In this document: piece after piece, positions 18,499-28,110 of the stretch
Layout: each line of letters begins with the position of its first letter
Numbering within the stretch: position 1 is the first letter of the stretch
The notes under the pieces: generated by a model
Databases searched by the model: none
What the model saw: the letters and a program-made list of their open reading frames with translations, nothing else
What the model was told of the DNA's origin: nothing
Source: a virus
Lineage: Duplodnaviria; Caudoviricetes
Length of the DNA stretch: 55,166 bases
Virus record (IMG/VR): IMGVR_UViG_3300032954_000016
Location: 1 to 55,166 of that record
Strand: one strand, 5' to 3'
Translations under genes and position numbers: made by a program

Positions 18499-19835
18499 GG
18501 CTTCACCCCCAGCTCCTCGGCGATGCGAGCCTGCCTCGCGGCCTCCATCGAACGGCCGGCCGCCTCGCCGCCCGCCTTGCCCATCGCCTCGTACTTGGCC
18601 GAGTCCAGCTCCAGCCGCGGCTCCATGCCGCGGAGCTGCTCCAGCGAAATCCTGTTGTCGCCCTGCCCCATGAGCGCCGCGGGTGTTATCTCGCCCTTGC
18701 GGTAGGCGTTGAGCGCGGCCTTGCCGAACGCCTGCTCCTGCTCGGACTGCGAGAACTGGTTGAGGTAGGACTCGAACCCGCCGCTCGGCAGCGGCTCGCC
18801 GAGGTCGCACGGCAGCAGCGAGCAGCGGCACCCGAAGTGCGCCGGGGGCTCGGTCTCCAGGTCGGGCGAGTCGCCGACCGGCTGCTTGTCCGCGTCCCAC
18901 GTCCCGCCGTCCATGAACTGGCAGAACTCGCACACGCGCACGTCCCCGGCCGAGACCCAGGTGAAGCCCATCTGGTCGCCCGCGCCCATGGCGTCGAACG
19001 AGAGCGCGTCGGCGTCCGAGGCGATGGCGGTCACGGCGGCCTGCAGTAGCTTGGCCACCGAGTTGTCGGTCGTGTCGAACAAGCGGACGCCGACCGAGAT
19101 GGCCTTGAGCGCGTCGTCCAGCCCGGCCGCGGCGTGGACTACCTCCCCGGCGTCGGTGACGTACCGGCGCGTCGAGGCGATGACCTCGGCCTCCGGCGTC
19201 AGCTCCAGCCCGAGCCGCTCGACGGCCTCGCGGGCGGTGCAGCCCGCGTCCGCCGCCTGCCGCAGCGCGGCCTTGAGCCGGAACAGCAGGTCGGACTGTA
19301 TCTTGTCGAGGTGGTCTGACAGCGGAGCGCCGAGCACCAGCTTTTGTGCTGATGGGTTCGAGCCGGCGGGACTTTGCCCGGAGCCGGCCGTGGTGGTGAA
19401 ATGCCCGGCGCCCGCTGAAATCGCCTGCTGCAAAAGTATCTTGTGGAGCTGGTCCGCGTCGTCGGCCAGCTCGCCCTTGAGCCAGTCGAAGGCCGCCGCG
19501 GCCTCGCGGTCGAGCTCCGTGAAGATGCTCGGCAGCGCGTCCGGCCCGAAGCCGCCCTTGTGCGACATGACGTCCTTGGCCATCTGCTTCTCCAGCTGCT
19601 GAAGCCGCGACCGGCACTTGGCCGCGAGCCAGTTGCCGACCGACACCAGCCGTGCGGCGCGCAGCACCGCGAACGCGGCGTGGCGCTGGTTCGGCGAGTC
19701 TGGCGCGGCCTTGGCCGCTGCAATCACATTCTCAACGCGCTCGGCGAGCGCGATCCGCTCGTCGAACGAAGCGAGCAAGCGCTCGGCGCGGCGGCCGAGC
19801 TGCTCGCGGCGGATGAGCGAGGAGAGCGTCAGCAC
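18495..19835 (-). CDS. Minor head morphogenesis protein (Mu gpF/SPP1 gp7 family)
   Basis: WVSAGDVRVCEFCQFMDG...PPAHFGCRCSL signature. Confidence 0.85.
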   Translation of the reverse strand: MLTLSSLIRREQLGRRAERLLASFDERIALAERVENVIAAAKAAPDSPNQRHAAFAVLRAARLVSVGNWLAAKCRSRLQQLEKQMAKDVMSHKGGFGPDALPSIFTELDREAAAAFDWLKGELADDADQLHKILLQQAISAGAGHFTTTAGSGQSPAGSNPSAQKLVLGAPLSDHLDKIQSDLLFRLKAALRQAADAGCTAREAVERLGLELTPEAEVIASTRRYVTDAGEVVHAAAGLDDALKAISVGVRLFDTTDNSVAKLLQAAVTAIASDADALSFDAMGAGDQMGFTWVSAGDVRVCEFCQFMDGGTWDADKQPVGDSPDLETEPPAHFGCRCSLLPCDLGEPLPSGGFESYLNQFSQSEQEQAFGKAALNAYRKGEITPAALMGQGDNRISLEQLRGMEPRLELDSAKYEAMGKAGGEAAGRSMEAARQARIAEELGVKP

Positions 19836-20101
19836 GACACCAGCCTCCCTCCTCGGAGCCAGCCGTGCCACTGGCCGGGGGCCAGGATGCTCGGCGTCAG
19901 CGTCGGCTTGTCCTCGTTGCCGTCCCACGTCCAGATTCGGACCCCGGCCGCAGGCTGCCTCGAAATCGAGATTGCATCCGGGCCGCCGGTGCCTGGCAGC
20001 CAGAGAAAGATGTGCCGGCGGTCGTCGTCGTAGCAGAAGTCGCCCGGCTTGAGGATGGCGCCCATCTCGACGCGGCGGCAGTCTATAGACTCGGTGTTCA
20101 T
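19829..20101 (-). CDS. DUF6527-like small protein
   Basis: WTWDGNEDKPTLTPSI...WHGWLRGG motif; ATGA-coupled. Confidence 0.7.
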   Translation of the reverse strand: MNTESIDCRRVEMGAILKPGDFCYDDDRRHIFLWLPGTGGPDAISISRQPAAGVRIWTWDGNEDKPTLTPSILAPGQWHGWLRGGRLVSC

Positions 20102-20877
20102 AGCGTCCCGAGCTGGTTGACCTCGCGCTCCGGCGGCGACTCGTCCCACGGCGCCACGAACGGCCCGTAGGTCCGCAGGTCGTACTCCCCGCGCACCCGG
20201 CGCCCCTCGGCGACGTTGGCGGCCACGGCGGCGCGCTGCACGCGCCCGGTGAAGCCCGATCCGGCCGGCAGCCCGCCGACCCCGGTCACCTGGAACGAGG
20301 TCGCGGCGGCGTAGAAGTCGCCGGCGCCGGTCAGGGTGGTCGTCCCGCACACCAGCGTCGCCTCGTTCGGCCCCGGCCAGAAGTAGTAGTGCCCTCCGAG
20401 CTCCAGCACGTTGGTCATGGTGAACTGCGGCGCCCCGTCGTAGGTCTGGCCGCGGGCGATGTTCCAGCCTTTGCCGACATACGCGGGCGAGCTCGGCCAC
20501 GGGAAGTTCAGCCCCTTGCGGAGCCGCTCGACGTAGGCGCGGGCGTCCTTGACGATGTCGACCCACAGCCCGACCATCGTGCCCTGCATGGTCACCTGGA
20601 CGGCCGCCAGGTTCGGCGTGCCGGCCACCAGGTCGTTCACCGCCAGCACGTAGACGTGCCGCTCGGCGCCCGGCGGGACGGTCGCGCCGTCGCTGGACAG
20701 CGGCACCGCGCCGCCCTCGGACACGGCGGAGCGGACGTTGGCGACCCAGTTGGCGATGAGAGGCGCGGATTGGTCCGCGCCGCTGATGGTGGTCGCGGCG
20801 TTGCGGAGGAGCTGCGCCAGCAGCGCGGCGAACACCGGGCTGGTGTTGGTCGGCTTGACCCAAACGAACTCGGCCAT
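20098..20877 (-). CDS. Head-tail adaptor (Mu gp36-like) with C-terminal extension
   Basis: VRSAV..TVP...KDARAYVERLRKG pattern; position after capsid. Confidence 0.6.
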   Translation of the reverse strand: MAEFVWVKPTNTSPVFAALLAQLLRNAATTISGADQSAPLIANWVANVRSAVSEGGAVPLSSDGATVPPGAERHVYVLAVNDLVAGTPNLAAVQVTMQGTMVGLWVDIVKDARAYVERLRKGLNFPWPSSPAYVGKGWNIARGQTYDGAPQFTMTNVLELGGHYYFWPGPNEATLVCGTTTLTGAGDFYAAATSFQVTGVGGLPAGSGFTGRVQRAAVAANVAEGRRVRGEYDLRTYGPFVAPWDESPPEREVNQLGTL

Positions 20878-20897
20878 CGGGCGGCCTTTCTCGGTTG

Positions 20898-20932
20898 CCC
20901 GGCGCGCCGTGCCTATACCGCGGCGCGCCGGG
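20898..20932. terminator. GC-rich hairpin after capsid-adjacent gene (terminator or mRNA stabiliser)
   Basis: CCCGGCGCGCCG...CGGCGCGCCGGG inverted repeat; no clear U-tract. Confidence 0.45.
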
Positions 20933-20949
20933 ACGGGTTCAGCCGCCGG

Positions 20950-21600
20950 TCACTGGACCAGCGGGATGATCTGGTAGTTGGTCACCCACGCCGTGTTGGT
21001 CATGCCCACCGTCCCCAGGCTCAGCAGCCACACCTGCATCGGCGACGCGTACGCGGGCGTCGAGTACGGCGTGTAGAGCACGTTGGTGGACGAGTAGGTC
21101 CCCGAGGTGTACCCCAGCGGCAGCGAGACGGACGCGAACGTGCCGATGGGCGTCGACGTGCTGATGGTGTACCCCTGCAGGTTGGTCTTGACGATGGTCG
21201 GCGTGCCGACCGTCTCCAGCAGCGTGGCGATGACGTTGTTGGTCGTGTTGCCGGCCGCCATGGTCGCGGCGGTGCCGCCGAGCTGCGCGGTCATCTGGAG
21301 CGCGAAGTAGTTCCCGGAGCCGATGGAGCTCAGGAGCACGGCGTTGCTGACGGTGGTCGTGCCCCCGACGATGTAGCTCGGGTAGAGGCCGTTGGTGCCC
21401 CAGTTCCCGGTCGGGGTGTTGGTGCCCCACTGCGCGGAGCCGTTGGTCGCGGTGAGCGGCGAGCCGTACTGGCTGTTGATGAGCGGCGTCGGGCCGCCGT
21501 AGTAGCTGCCGGCGGTCGCCAGGGCTGCCAGGCCGACCAGCAGCGCGCCGGCGAGGAGCCGGCCTTTCCACTCGCGGGTGATTTTCGTGATTGTGTTCAT
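20950..21600 (-). CDS. Signal-peptide-bearing Thr/Asn-rich protein in head-decoration position
   Basis: KGRLLAGALLVGLAALATA signal; directly downstream of major capsid gene. Confidence 0.7.
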   Translation of the reverse strand: MNTITKITREWKGRLLAGALLVGLAALATAGSYYGGPTPLINSQYGSPLTATNGSAQWGTNTPTGNWGTNGLYPSYIVGGTTTVSNAVLLSSIGSGNYFALQMTAQLGGTAATMAAGNTTNNVIATLLETVGTPTIVKTNLQGYTISTSTPIGTFASVSLPLGYTSGTYSSTNVLYTPYSTPAYASPMQVWLLSLGTVGMTNTAWVTNYQIIPLVQ

Positions 21601-21679
21601 TGTCGTTCTTTCTCTTTTCGGTTTGCGATTGGTTGGTTGCGGGCGGCCCGGGCTGGCGCCGCCCACGTCGTCGTCCTGG

Positions 21680-23395
21680 TTACGGCAGCACCACGAAGCC
21701 CTGGCGCGGGTCGCCCTGCGCGAAGCTGTACATGAGGCCCGTGTCCACGATGGTCTGCTCCAGGTTGTGGTCGACCCGTTTCTTGACCAGCAGCGAGAGG
21801 CCGCTGTCGGGCTCGGTCACGATCTCCAGCGAGGCCGTCTGCGGGATGTCGCCGAGGATCTTGTTGTAGTCCTGCGGGATGCGCGCCACGAAGATGGCCG
21901 AGGCGCTGTTGCCGGCGAAGCCGACGCCGTTGGCCGCCGTGGTCGGGGCCTGGTTGGGGTCGGTGATGGTCACCAGCGCGCCCGCCGCGTAGGCCGAGAG
22001 CTGGGACTCGAGCACCTTGACGCCGAACAGGACCGGCAGCTCGCCGTCCTCGAACGCGCCGAGGTCCTTCTTGATGAGCGCCAGGATGGCCTTGGCCGAG
22101 AGCAGGTTGCCGTCGGCGAGGATGGCGTCGTGGTAGGCCGAGTTGAGGATGAGGAAGCGCCCGACGTCGGGCATCTTGTTCATCGAGAACTTGTTCTTGA
22201 CCGCGATCACGTTCGACAGGCCCATCGGGTTGGTCGAGGGCGGCCCGACCGGCGCCTTGCTGCCGCACAGGCTGAACGCCGCGGTGGAGACGCCGCTCCA
22301 GGTCGCGCCGAAGAGCGCGGTCAGCAGGTCTTTGTTGACCTGCTCGGTCAGGCTGTAGAGCTGCGCGTCGTACTGCTCGCCCGGCAGGTTGCGGAGCGTC
22401 GCGGACAGGGTCAGGTTGTTGAACAGGAGCGTGACGCCCTTGTAGTTGTTCAGCACGATGTTCACGTCGGTCGTCGAGGCCGTCGAGCGCGTCTGCGTCC
22501 CGGAGGTCTGGACCGTGCCGGCCGGGTTGGCGGCCGTGACGGTCGCCTTCCAGGTGGCGATGGTCGACGCGTCGGTGGTCATGCCGACGCCCGGCACGAA
22601 GGTCGCCACCGTCGGGGGCGTGACGTAGCGGGTGATGACGTTCTGGCCGAACAGGACCGCCTCGGCCCGCAGGTCGGTGGTGATCTTGTCCAGGAACGTC
22701 AGCTTGTTCTTGAGGAACCCGAAGGTCTTGGTGAGCATCACCAGCCCCGTGGCCAGCGTTCCGACCGCCGGGTTGTTGGTGTTGTCCACGTTGTCCGCCG
22801 CGGTGATGACGTCGCGGAACCGGAAGTTCTCGCCCTTGGTGTAGATGGGCATCACGTGCTCGGCCATGACGAGCCCGGTGTCGCGGGCCAGGACCATGGC
22901 CTCCTTCATGCGGCCGTCCCGGATGAGCCTGTCCATCGGCTCGCGGGCCTTGATGTAGCCGTTCTCCAGCGCGTCCTTGAGGCTGGTGCGGACGACCTGG
23001 AGGCCGCCGCGGGTCCCGTCGGTGCCGTCGGTCAGGCGACCGGTGTGGTTCGCGTTGGCGGTCGCCAGCGGCTTGTGCTCGGCCTCCAGCAGCCGGACCA
23101 CGATGTCGGCGCCGATGCCCTGCTCCTCGTACTGCTTGAGGCAGGCCGCCTGGACGACCTCGTCCTTGGGCGCGATGGCGCCGCTGTCCTTGAGCTTCTG
23201 GACGGCGGTGATGATGCTCTGTTTCCCGGCCTCGCGCTGCGCCTGGATCGTCTCCCACTCCCGTGCGGTGACGAACAGGCCGGCGTCGAGCCCGGCTTGT
23301 AGTTTGTCGGGTTCAACCTCGCCCGGGTCGCCGCGCTTGACTGAACCAGCCGCGGTCTTGCAGGCTTTGATGAACACGATTTTGATTTTGTTCAT
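21680..23395 (-). CDS. Major capsid protein (P22 coat-like HK97 fold) with N-terminal scaffold-like region
   Basis: KMPDVGRFLIL...GELPVLFGVKVLES...AIFVARIP...EPDSGLSL motifs; follows protease. Confidence 0.85.
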   Translation of the reverse strand: MNKIKIVFIKACKTAAGSVKRGDPGEVEPDKLQAGLDAGLFVTAREWETIQAQREAGKQSIITAVQKLKDSGAIAPKDEVVQAACLKQYEEQGIGADIVVRLLEAEHKPLATANANHTGRLTDGTDGTRGGLQVVRTSLKDALENGYIKAREPMDRLIRDGRMKEAMVLARDTGLVMAEHVMPIYTKGENFRFRDVITAADNVDNTNNPAVGTLATGLVMLTKTFGFLKNKLTFLDKITTDLRAEAVLFGQNVITRYVTPPTVATFVPGVGMTTDASTIATWKATVTAANPAGTVQTSGTQTRSTASTTDVNIVLNNYKGVTLLFNNLTLSATLRNLPGEQYDAQLYSLTEQVNKDLLTALFGATWSGVSTAAFSLCGSKAPVGPPSTNPMGLSNVIAVKNKFSMNKMPDVGRFLILNSAYHDAILADGNLLSAKAILALIKKDLGAFEDGELPVLFGVKVLESQLSAYAAGALVTITDPNQAPTTAANGVGFAGNSASAIFVARIPQDYNKILGDIPQTASLEIVTEPDSGLSLLVKKRVDHNLEQTIVDTGLMYSFAQGDPRQGFVVLP

Positions 23396-23489
23396 TCGCT
23401 TGTCTCTTTCTCTTTTGGTTGTTGTCGTTGTTCCGCGTTCGGTTCGGCGGCGGTCGCCGTTCGCCCCCGAGGGCAAATCCTGAAAGTCG

Positions 23490-26015
23490 TCAGCCGGCCA
23501 CGCCGCTCACGGCGCGCATCAGCTCGGCGGCGGACTCGATGTCGTCCACGGCCGACTTGGGGCGCCCGGTCATGCCGGCCAGCACGGTCTCGGCGCTCGG
23601 CGGCAGCGTCACGGCCGCCAGCACGGAGTCGATCTCCGACTGAGTGTCCACGGCCCCGACCGCCGGCGTCTCCATCTTCTCGGACGCGTACAGCGCCTTG
23701 AGCTTGGCGATCGCCTTGGCCTTGTCCGGCCCCTCGTACTTGTTGCCGCGGTAGCCGCCGTGCAGCGCGGCCCACGCCGCGCCCATCAGGCGGTGGTCGG
23801 GCTTGCCGTTGGTGTGCGTCGGCAGGTGGTCCTCGCCGTCCTTCTTGACCAGGTGCCCGCCCTGCTTGTCCTCGGCCTTGACCAGCGAGGCGAAGACCGT
23901 GTCCAGCTCCTTGAGCCCGGCGGCGGACGTGACCTTCGCGTGCTGCGCGGCCATCTCGCCGTGGTACGCGGCCGCGTCCTGGTGGTACTGCTTGACCGCG
24001 GCGCCCTTGGCCCGGTAGCCGGCCTCCTGGTGCGAGTACATCGCGTCCCGGTGCGCGCCGCCCTTGGTGCCGTGGCCCTCGCCGTCGGGCAGGTGCTCGT
24101 CGGCCGCCTCGGCGACCGCGCTCTTGAAGTTGGCCTTGCGGTGCATGGCCTGGACGTCGTCGGACTCCTTGCCGACCGCCGCGTCGGACGGCTTATCGGG
24201 CATCTCGCACTCGTCCTCGGCGCCGTCCTCGGCGGCCACCGTGTTCGCGGCCTGGCGCGCCTTGACCGGCGGCATGGCCCGGAACGCGGGCTTGTTGGTC
24301 AGCGTGCCGAGGATGCGGTCGACGCCCGTGATGTGCGCCGGTGTCTCCTCGTGGCCGCGGACGCCCGGCGGAAAGTAGAACTGCGGCTTCTCGCACTCGC
24401 AGGCCTGGATTGTGTCGTCGCAGCGGCTGCACTTGCACTTGGTGTACTCCGCGTCGGTGGCGAAGCTCGGCGACCAGGACCGCCAGTTCCGCTTGTTCAC
24501 GTCCTCGGCGCCGTCGCCGCTCGGCTCGGCGGCCAGCAGGATGCAGGGCTCGCCGTACACCGGGTCGTCGCCCGCGGTGAAGATGCCCGCCTCGACCTTG
24601 CGCGCCCACACGCTGGCCTTCTTCTCGTCGTGCTCGTAGCAGCCGTACAGGTCTTGCTTGGGCGCCTCGCGCTTGAGCTCCTCGGCGCTGGCCTGGCAGA
24701 CCGCCGCGTCCCGGTCCGGGTCCACTTCCACCGTCAGGTGGATGGACGCCGGCCGCCCCTTGGTGATGGGGCCGCTGAACCCGGCGTCGATGGTGTGGAT
24801 GCCCGCCGGCATGTAGCAGAACTTGACCGGCTGGTCCTGCGCCCACTGCGGCGACGCGTCAGCCCGCAGCGCGGAGCCTGACGCCCGGCAGTGGACGAGG
24901 TCGTGGGAAGGTTGGTTGCTGCCTTTGAGGTGAGGTACGGTCGCGCCTTTGAAGCCGGTGTGCGTCGTGACATGGGACCTGCCTGGGTCGGCGTTCTCTT
25001 GGTCGTTCATTCCCTCGGTCCATTTCTCGGCATCCTCCTTCGTGTCGAAGTGGGACGAGTGCACTTCGGTCGCGCCGCCCAAAAGAAGCTTGTCGGGCTT
25101 GGCGAATATATGGCCGCGGTAGGTCTGCTTTCCGCCTCCCGGTCGGCGCCCGCTCCCGGGGACGCCCGCCTTGACCACGTCCTTGAGCGCCGCCAGGCTG
25201 GCGTCGACCGCCTCGCGCTGCGCCTCCTTGTCGTCCTCGCCGTGCGCCTCGGCGCAGGCGTCGTGCGCGGCCATCGCCCGGGCGTGCTTCGAGGCCTGGT
25301 CGGCGTTGCCGACCTTGGCGTGCGCCATCATCGCGCTCTTGTGCGCCTGCGCGGCCTTCTCGTGCAGGTTGCGCGCCTGCTCGTGGTCGGCCTCGTCCTG
25401 CGACTCGACCGCCTCCATGCTCGCCTGGTGCGCGGCCTGGCTCGCCGCGTCGGCGGCGCCGGTCTTGCGCGTGGCATGACCCGACGCGGCCCCGTCGCTG
25501 GTGCCGGCGGCCTTGACCACCGGAACGCCGTTGAAGCACAGCGTCGCCTCGACATAAACGGTCTTGCGCACCACCTCGGTCTCGCCTTCGCCGAGCTCGG
25601 TCACCTCGCCGTCCTCGACGGTCAACGGGACCTCGTAATACTTGCCGTCGGCGGCGCTGATAACCGCCTTGAACGCGGTGCCGTCCAACAATAGGTCGCA
25701 GCACCAGATGCCGCCGCACTTCATGTTGGTGTTGGCGCCGGTCGCCGGCTGGTTGAACCGGCTGTCCGAGTTGGCCAGCGCGCAGACTTGCTGGCGCAGG
25801 TCGTCGAGCGTTATCTCCGAGGCGTCCTGCGCCTTGACGATGGTCTTCAAAGTGTGCTTCATATCGTTTCCTTTCGCTGTCTCAGGCGCGTTCGCGTACA
25901 GCGCCTGCAAATGTTTGACCGCCATCCTCTTCGTCTCCGACTCGCCCTCGTCGGCGCCGGTGTCCCGACGCACGACGTGCCACTTGCCGTTCATTTTCTT
26001 GAGCTTCCACGGCAT
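23490..26015 (-). CDS. Mu-like prohead protease/scaffold, multidomain (841 aa)
   Basis: YMPAG, YEHD, WRSWSPSF, GTLTNKPAFRAMPPV resemble Mu protease I; His/Ala-rich helical inserts; TGATG-coupled to portal. Confidence 0.75.
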   Translation of the reverse strand: MPWKLKKMNGKWHVVRRDTGADEGESETKRMAVKHLQALYANAPETAKGNDMKHTLKTIVKAQDASEITLDDLRQQVCALANSDSRFNQPATGANTNMKCGGIWCCDLLLDGTAFKAVISAADGKYYEVPLTVEDGEVTELGEGETEVVRKTVYVEATLCFNGVPVVKAAGTSDGAASGHATRKTGAADAASQAAHQASMEAVESQDEADHEQARNLHEKAAQAHKSAMMAHAKVGNADQASKHARAMAAHDACAEAHGEDDKEAQREAVDASLAALKDVVKAGVPGSGRRPGGGKQTYRGHIFAKPDKLLLGGATEVHSSHFDTKEDAEKWTEGMNDQENADPGRSHVTTHTGFKGATVPHLKGSNQPSHDLVHCRASGSALRADASPQWAQDQPVKFCYMPAGIHTIDAGFSGPITKGRPASIHLTVEVDPDRDAAVCQASAEELKREAPKQDLYGCYEHDEKKASVWARKVEAGIFTAGDDPVYGEPCILLAAEPSGDGAEDVNKRNWRSWSPSFATDAEYTKCKCSRCDDTIQACECEKPQFYFPPGVRGHEETPAHITGVDRILGTLTNKPAFRAMPPVKARQAANTVAAEDGAEDECEMPDKPSDAAVGKESDDVQAMHRKANFKSAVAEAADEHLPDGEGHGTKGGAHRDAMYSHQEAGYRAKGAAVKQYHQDAAAYHGEMAAQHAKVTSAAGLKELDTVFASLVKAEDKQGGHLVKKDGEDHLPTHTNGKPDHRLMGAAWAALHGGYRGNKYEGPDKAKAIAKLKALYASEKMETPAVGAVDTQSEIDSVLAAVTLPPSAETVLAGMTGRPKSAVDDIESAAELMRAVSGVAG

Positions 26016-27937
26016 CAGCGGCCCCTCCGGTTCCGGGCGAGCTTGAGCAGGTGCTCCTTGAGCAGCGCGTGCTCGCCGTTCTGCGTCCCCGCCCGCTCGG
26101 CGGCCTCGACCACCGGCACCAGCCGCGCCAGCTCCTCGTCGGAGGCCGTCACGATGATGCGCCGGGCGACGCCTGTCCGCGTCAGCGCGGCCAGCGCCTT
26201 GTCCTTGTCCGCGCCCTGCAGCGGCGAATCGTCGTCCTCCTCGCCCTGGCCCTGCGGCGGCAGCGGCCGGCCGTCCGGCCCGGCCGTCGGCGGCGGCTGC
26301 GGCGCGGCCTGCGCCACGTCCATCTCCTCGTCGGTCGAGCCCATGACGCCGATCTCGCCCGTGCTCGGGTTGATGACCTTGTCGCCCTCCTGCGGCGTCG
26401 AGGTGCCGAGCATCGAGTAGAAGTCGTCCAGCGGGACCGGCGCCTTGCAGTTGGCGAACGCGGTGACCACCGCGCCCTTCTCCTGCGGCGTCAGCGGCTC
26501 GGTGAAGTCCGGCTCGATGGTCGGCCGCTCCTGAAGCGCCTTGGCGACCTGCTCGGGGTCGTAGGTCCCGTCCCGGTTGGGCGTCGCGTAGTTCTTGATG
26601 AGCACGGCCGCCACGAAGAAGGAGTGCGGCGAGGTGCAGCACCAGTTGGCCAGGCCCTGCACGTTGTCGCGCTTGGTCTTGGACTGCGGGTCGTTCTCGT
26701 TGGACCCGCCCAGCTTGCCCGGGACCGACTTGGTGGTCGCCTCGGTGCCGAGGAACAGCTCCATGCAGTGCTGGTCGGCCGTCTTCATCAGCTTCTCCTG
26801 CGGGTCGTTGGCCACCGACGCGGCCGCCAGCATGTTGACGGTCGTGCCGGTCTTGTGCGCGATGACCCGGTTGGAGAGGCCCTGCTCGATGAGCGCGAGC
26901 ATGTCGTCCAGCTCCTTGCGCCCCTGCGCGGTCTGGAGCAGGCCCGGCTCGAAGGAGAAGTCCACGTGCGGCGAGCCGTAGTTCTGCGCGGCGACGAACA
27001 TCCACTCCTGCGCGAACATGACCCGCGTCCAGTCCAGCATCAGCACCCGGATGTAGCCGTCGGCCAGGACCGGCCCGGTACCGCTCTGGAACTGCGCGCA
27101 GATGAACCGCGTCGGGTCCAGCAGCGTGCCGAAGGTCATGCTCCCGCCCGAGGGCGTGTTGGCCACCAGCGGCCAGGTGTAGAGCTGCGACCAGCCCGGG
27201 TTGGCCAGCGTCAGCACGCCGGCCTGGCTGAACGAGAAGTGGCGCGGGTGCGACCAGGCCCAGGCCCGCGGCAGGTACTCCTTGCCGGCGCCCCAGTCCA
27301 TCAGCGGGTGCCAGAGCAGCTCGCCGGTCGACATGGCCGAGAGCAGCGCGTCGGTGAAGTCGTAGACCATCCCGGCCCAGCCCTTCTCGTCGGTGAACGG
27401 CGCCGGGCAGAAGTTGGACATGGCGCGGCGGACCAGGTCGGCCTTCTCCTGCGCCAGTGGGCTCGCCTCGCCGCCCTTCTCTGTGGCGGGCGCCTCCTTG
27501 ACGACGAAGCGGGTGTTCGAGACCGGCTGCCGCAGCTCGTGGCTGCACTTGCGGAGCATCGGCCACGTCTCCTGCATCAGCCGCCCGAGCGCGAACATGC
27601 GGTAGGTGTCGCCGGCCAGCGCGGCCCGGGCGATCACCATGACCTGCTTGGGCGTGAGCTTGTCCGGCAGCGACCACATCCACGAGTCGCGTGGGTCGCT
27701 GGGAATCTGGCGGCCGTTGTTGGGTAGCGCCACCGTGGTGGTCGGAGTCGAGGACAGCGGCGAGGGCGGCCGGACCGCGACCGTCAGCGGCGTGACCTGC
27801 GCGGCGGTGCGCACCAGGCCCGAGGAGAGGCCTTTGGCGGCGGCCGCCTCGTTGACGGCGGCCTGCTCGGCGAAGGCGGTGCCGGCGACCCGGAGGCGGG
27901 GCGCGGCGCGCCTGAAATCGAAGCCCAAGAACCGCAT
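26015..27937 (-). CDS. Portal protein (Mu gp29/DUF935-like)
   Basis: DALLSAMSTGELLW, WMFVAAQNYGSP, LFLGTEATT..GKLG motifs. Confidence 0.85.
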   Translation of the reverse strand: MRFLGFDFRRAAPRLRVAGTAFAEQAAVNEAAAAKGLSSGLVRTAAQVTPLTVAVRPPSPLSSTPTTTVALPNNGRQIPSDPRDSWMWSLPDKLTPKQVMVIARAALAGDTYRMFALGRLMQETWPMLRKCSHELRQPVSNTRFVVKEAPATEKGGEASPLAQEKADLVRRAMSNFCPAPFTDEKGWAGMVYDFTDALLSAMSTGELLWHPLMDWGAGKEYLPRAWAWSHPRHFSFSQAGVLTLANPGWSQLYTWPLVANTPSGGSMTFGTLLDPTRFICAQFQSGTGPVLADGYIRVLMLDWTRVMFAQEWMFVAAQNYGSPHVDFSFEPGLLQTAQGRKELDDMLALIEQGLSNRVIAHKTGTTVNMLAAASVANDPQEKLMKTADQHCMELFLGTEATTKSVPGKLGGSNENDPQSKTKRDNVQGLANWCCTSPHSFFVAAVLIKNYATPNRDGTYDPEQVAKALQERPTIEPDFTEPLTPQEKGAVVTAFANCKAPVPLDDFYSMLGTSTPQEGDKVINPSTGEIGVMGSTDEEMDVAQAAPQPPPTAGPDGRPLPPQGQGEEDDDSPLQGADKDKALAALTRTGVARRIIVTASDEELARLVPVVEAAERAGTQNGEHALLKEHLLKLARNRRGR

Positions 27938-27947
27938 TTCAGTCGGG

Positions 27948-27976
27948 CTTTATTTTTTGACGGAGCGCCCGGTCAA
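27948..27976 (-). promoter_or_regulatory. Putative late promoter TTGACC-N11-CAAAAAATA
   Basis: AT-rich intergenic region just before portal ATG; matches 16609-16637. Confidence 0.55.
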
Positions 27977-28005
27977 CCCTTTTTTCAAGTATTTTCGAGG
28001 GGAGA

Positions 28006-28034
28006 GGGGCCGGCCCCTGTTGGAGGCCGGCCCC
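28006..28034. terminator. Hairpin upstream of portal promoter
   Basis: GGGGCCGGCC / GGCCGGCCCC inverted repeat. Confidence 0.4.
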
Positions 28035-28110
28035 GGCGGCGGACCCGATTCGTGGCGTTAAATAAGGCGTCCTGTGTCGCCCCCAGCCGCGCCGCAATAC
28101 CGCATCGGGC

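Noticed and set aside
12241-27683. ORF-track giant proteins 12241-15498 (1085 aa) and 23490-27683 (1397 aa)
   Set aside because: N-terminal parts overlap real genes in another frame; coupled starts at 14448 and 26015 are more plausible
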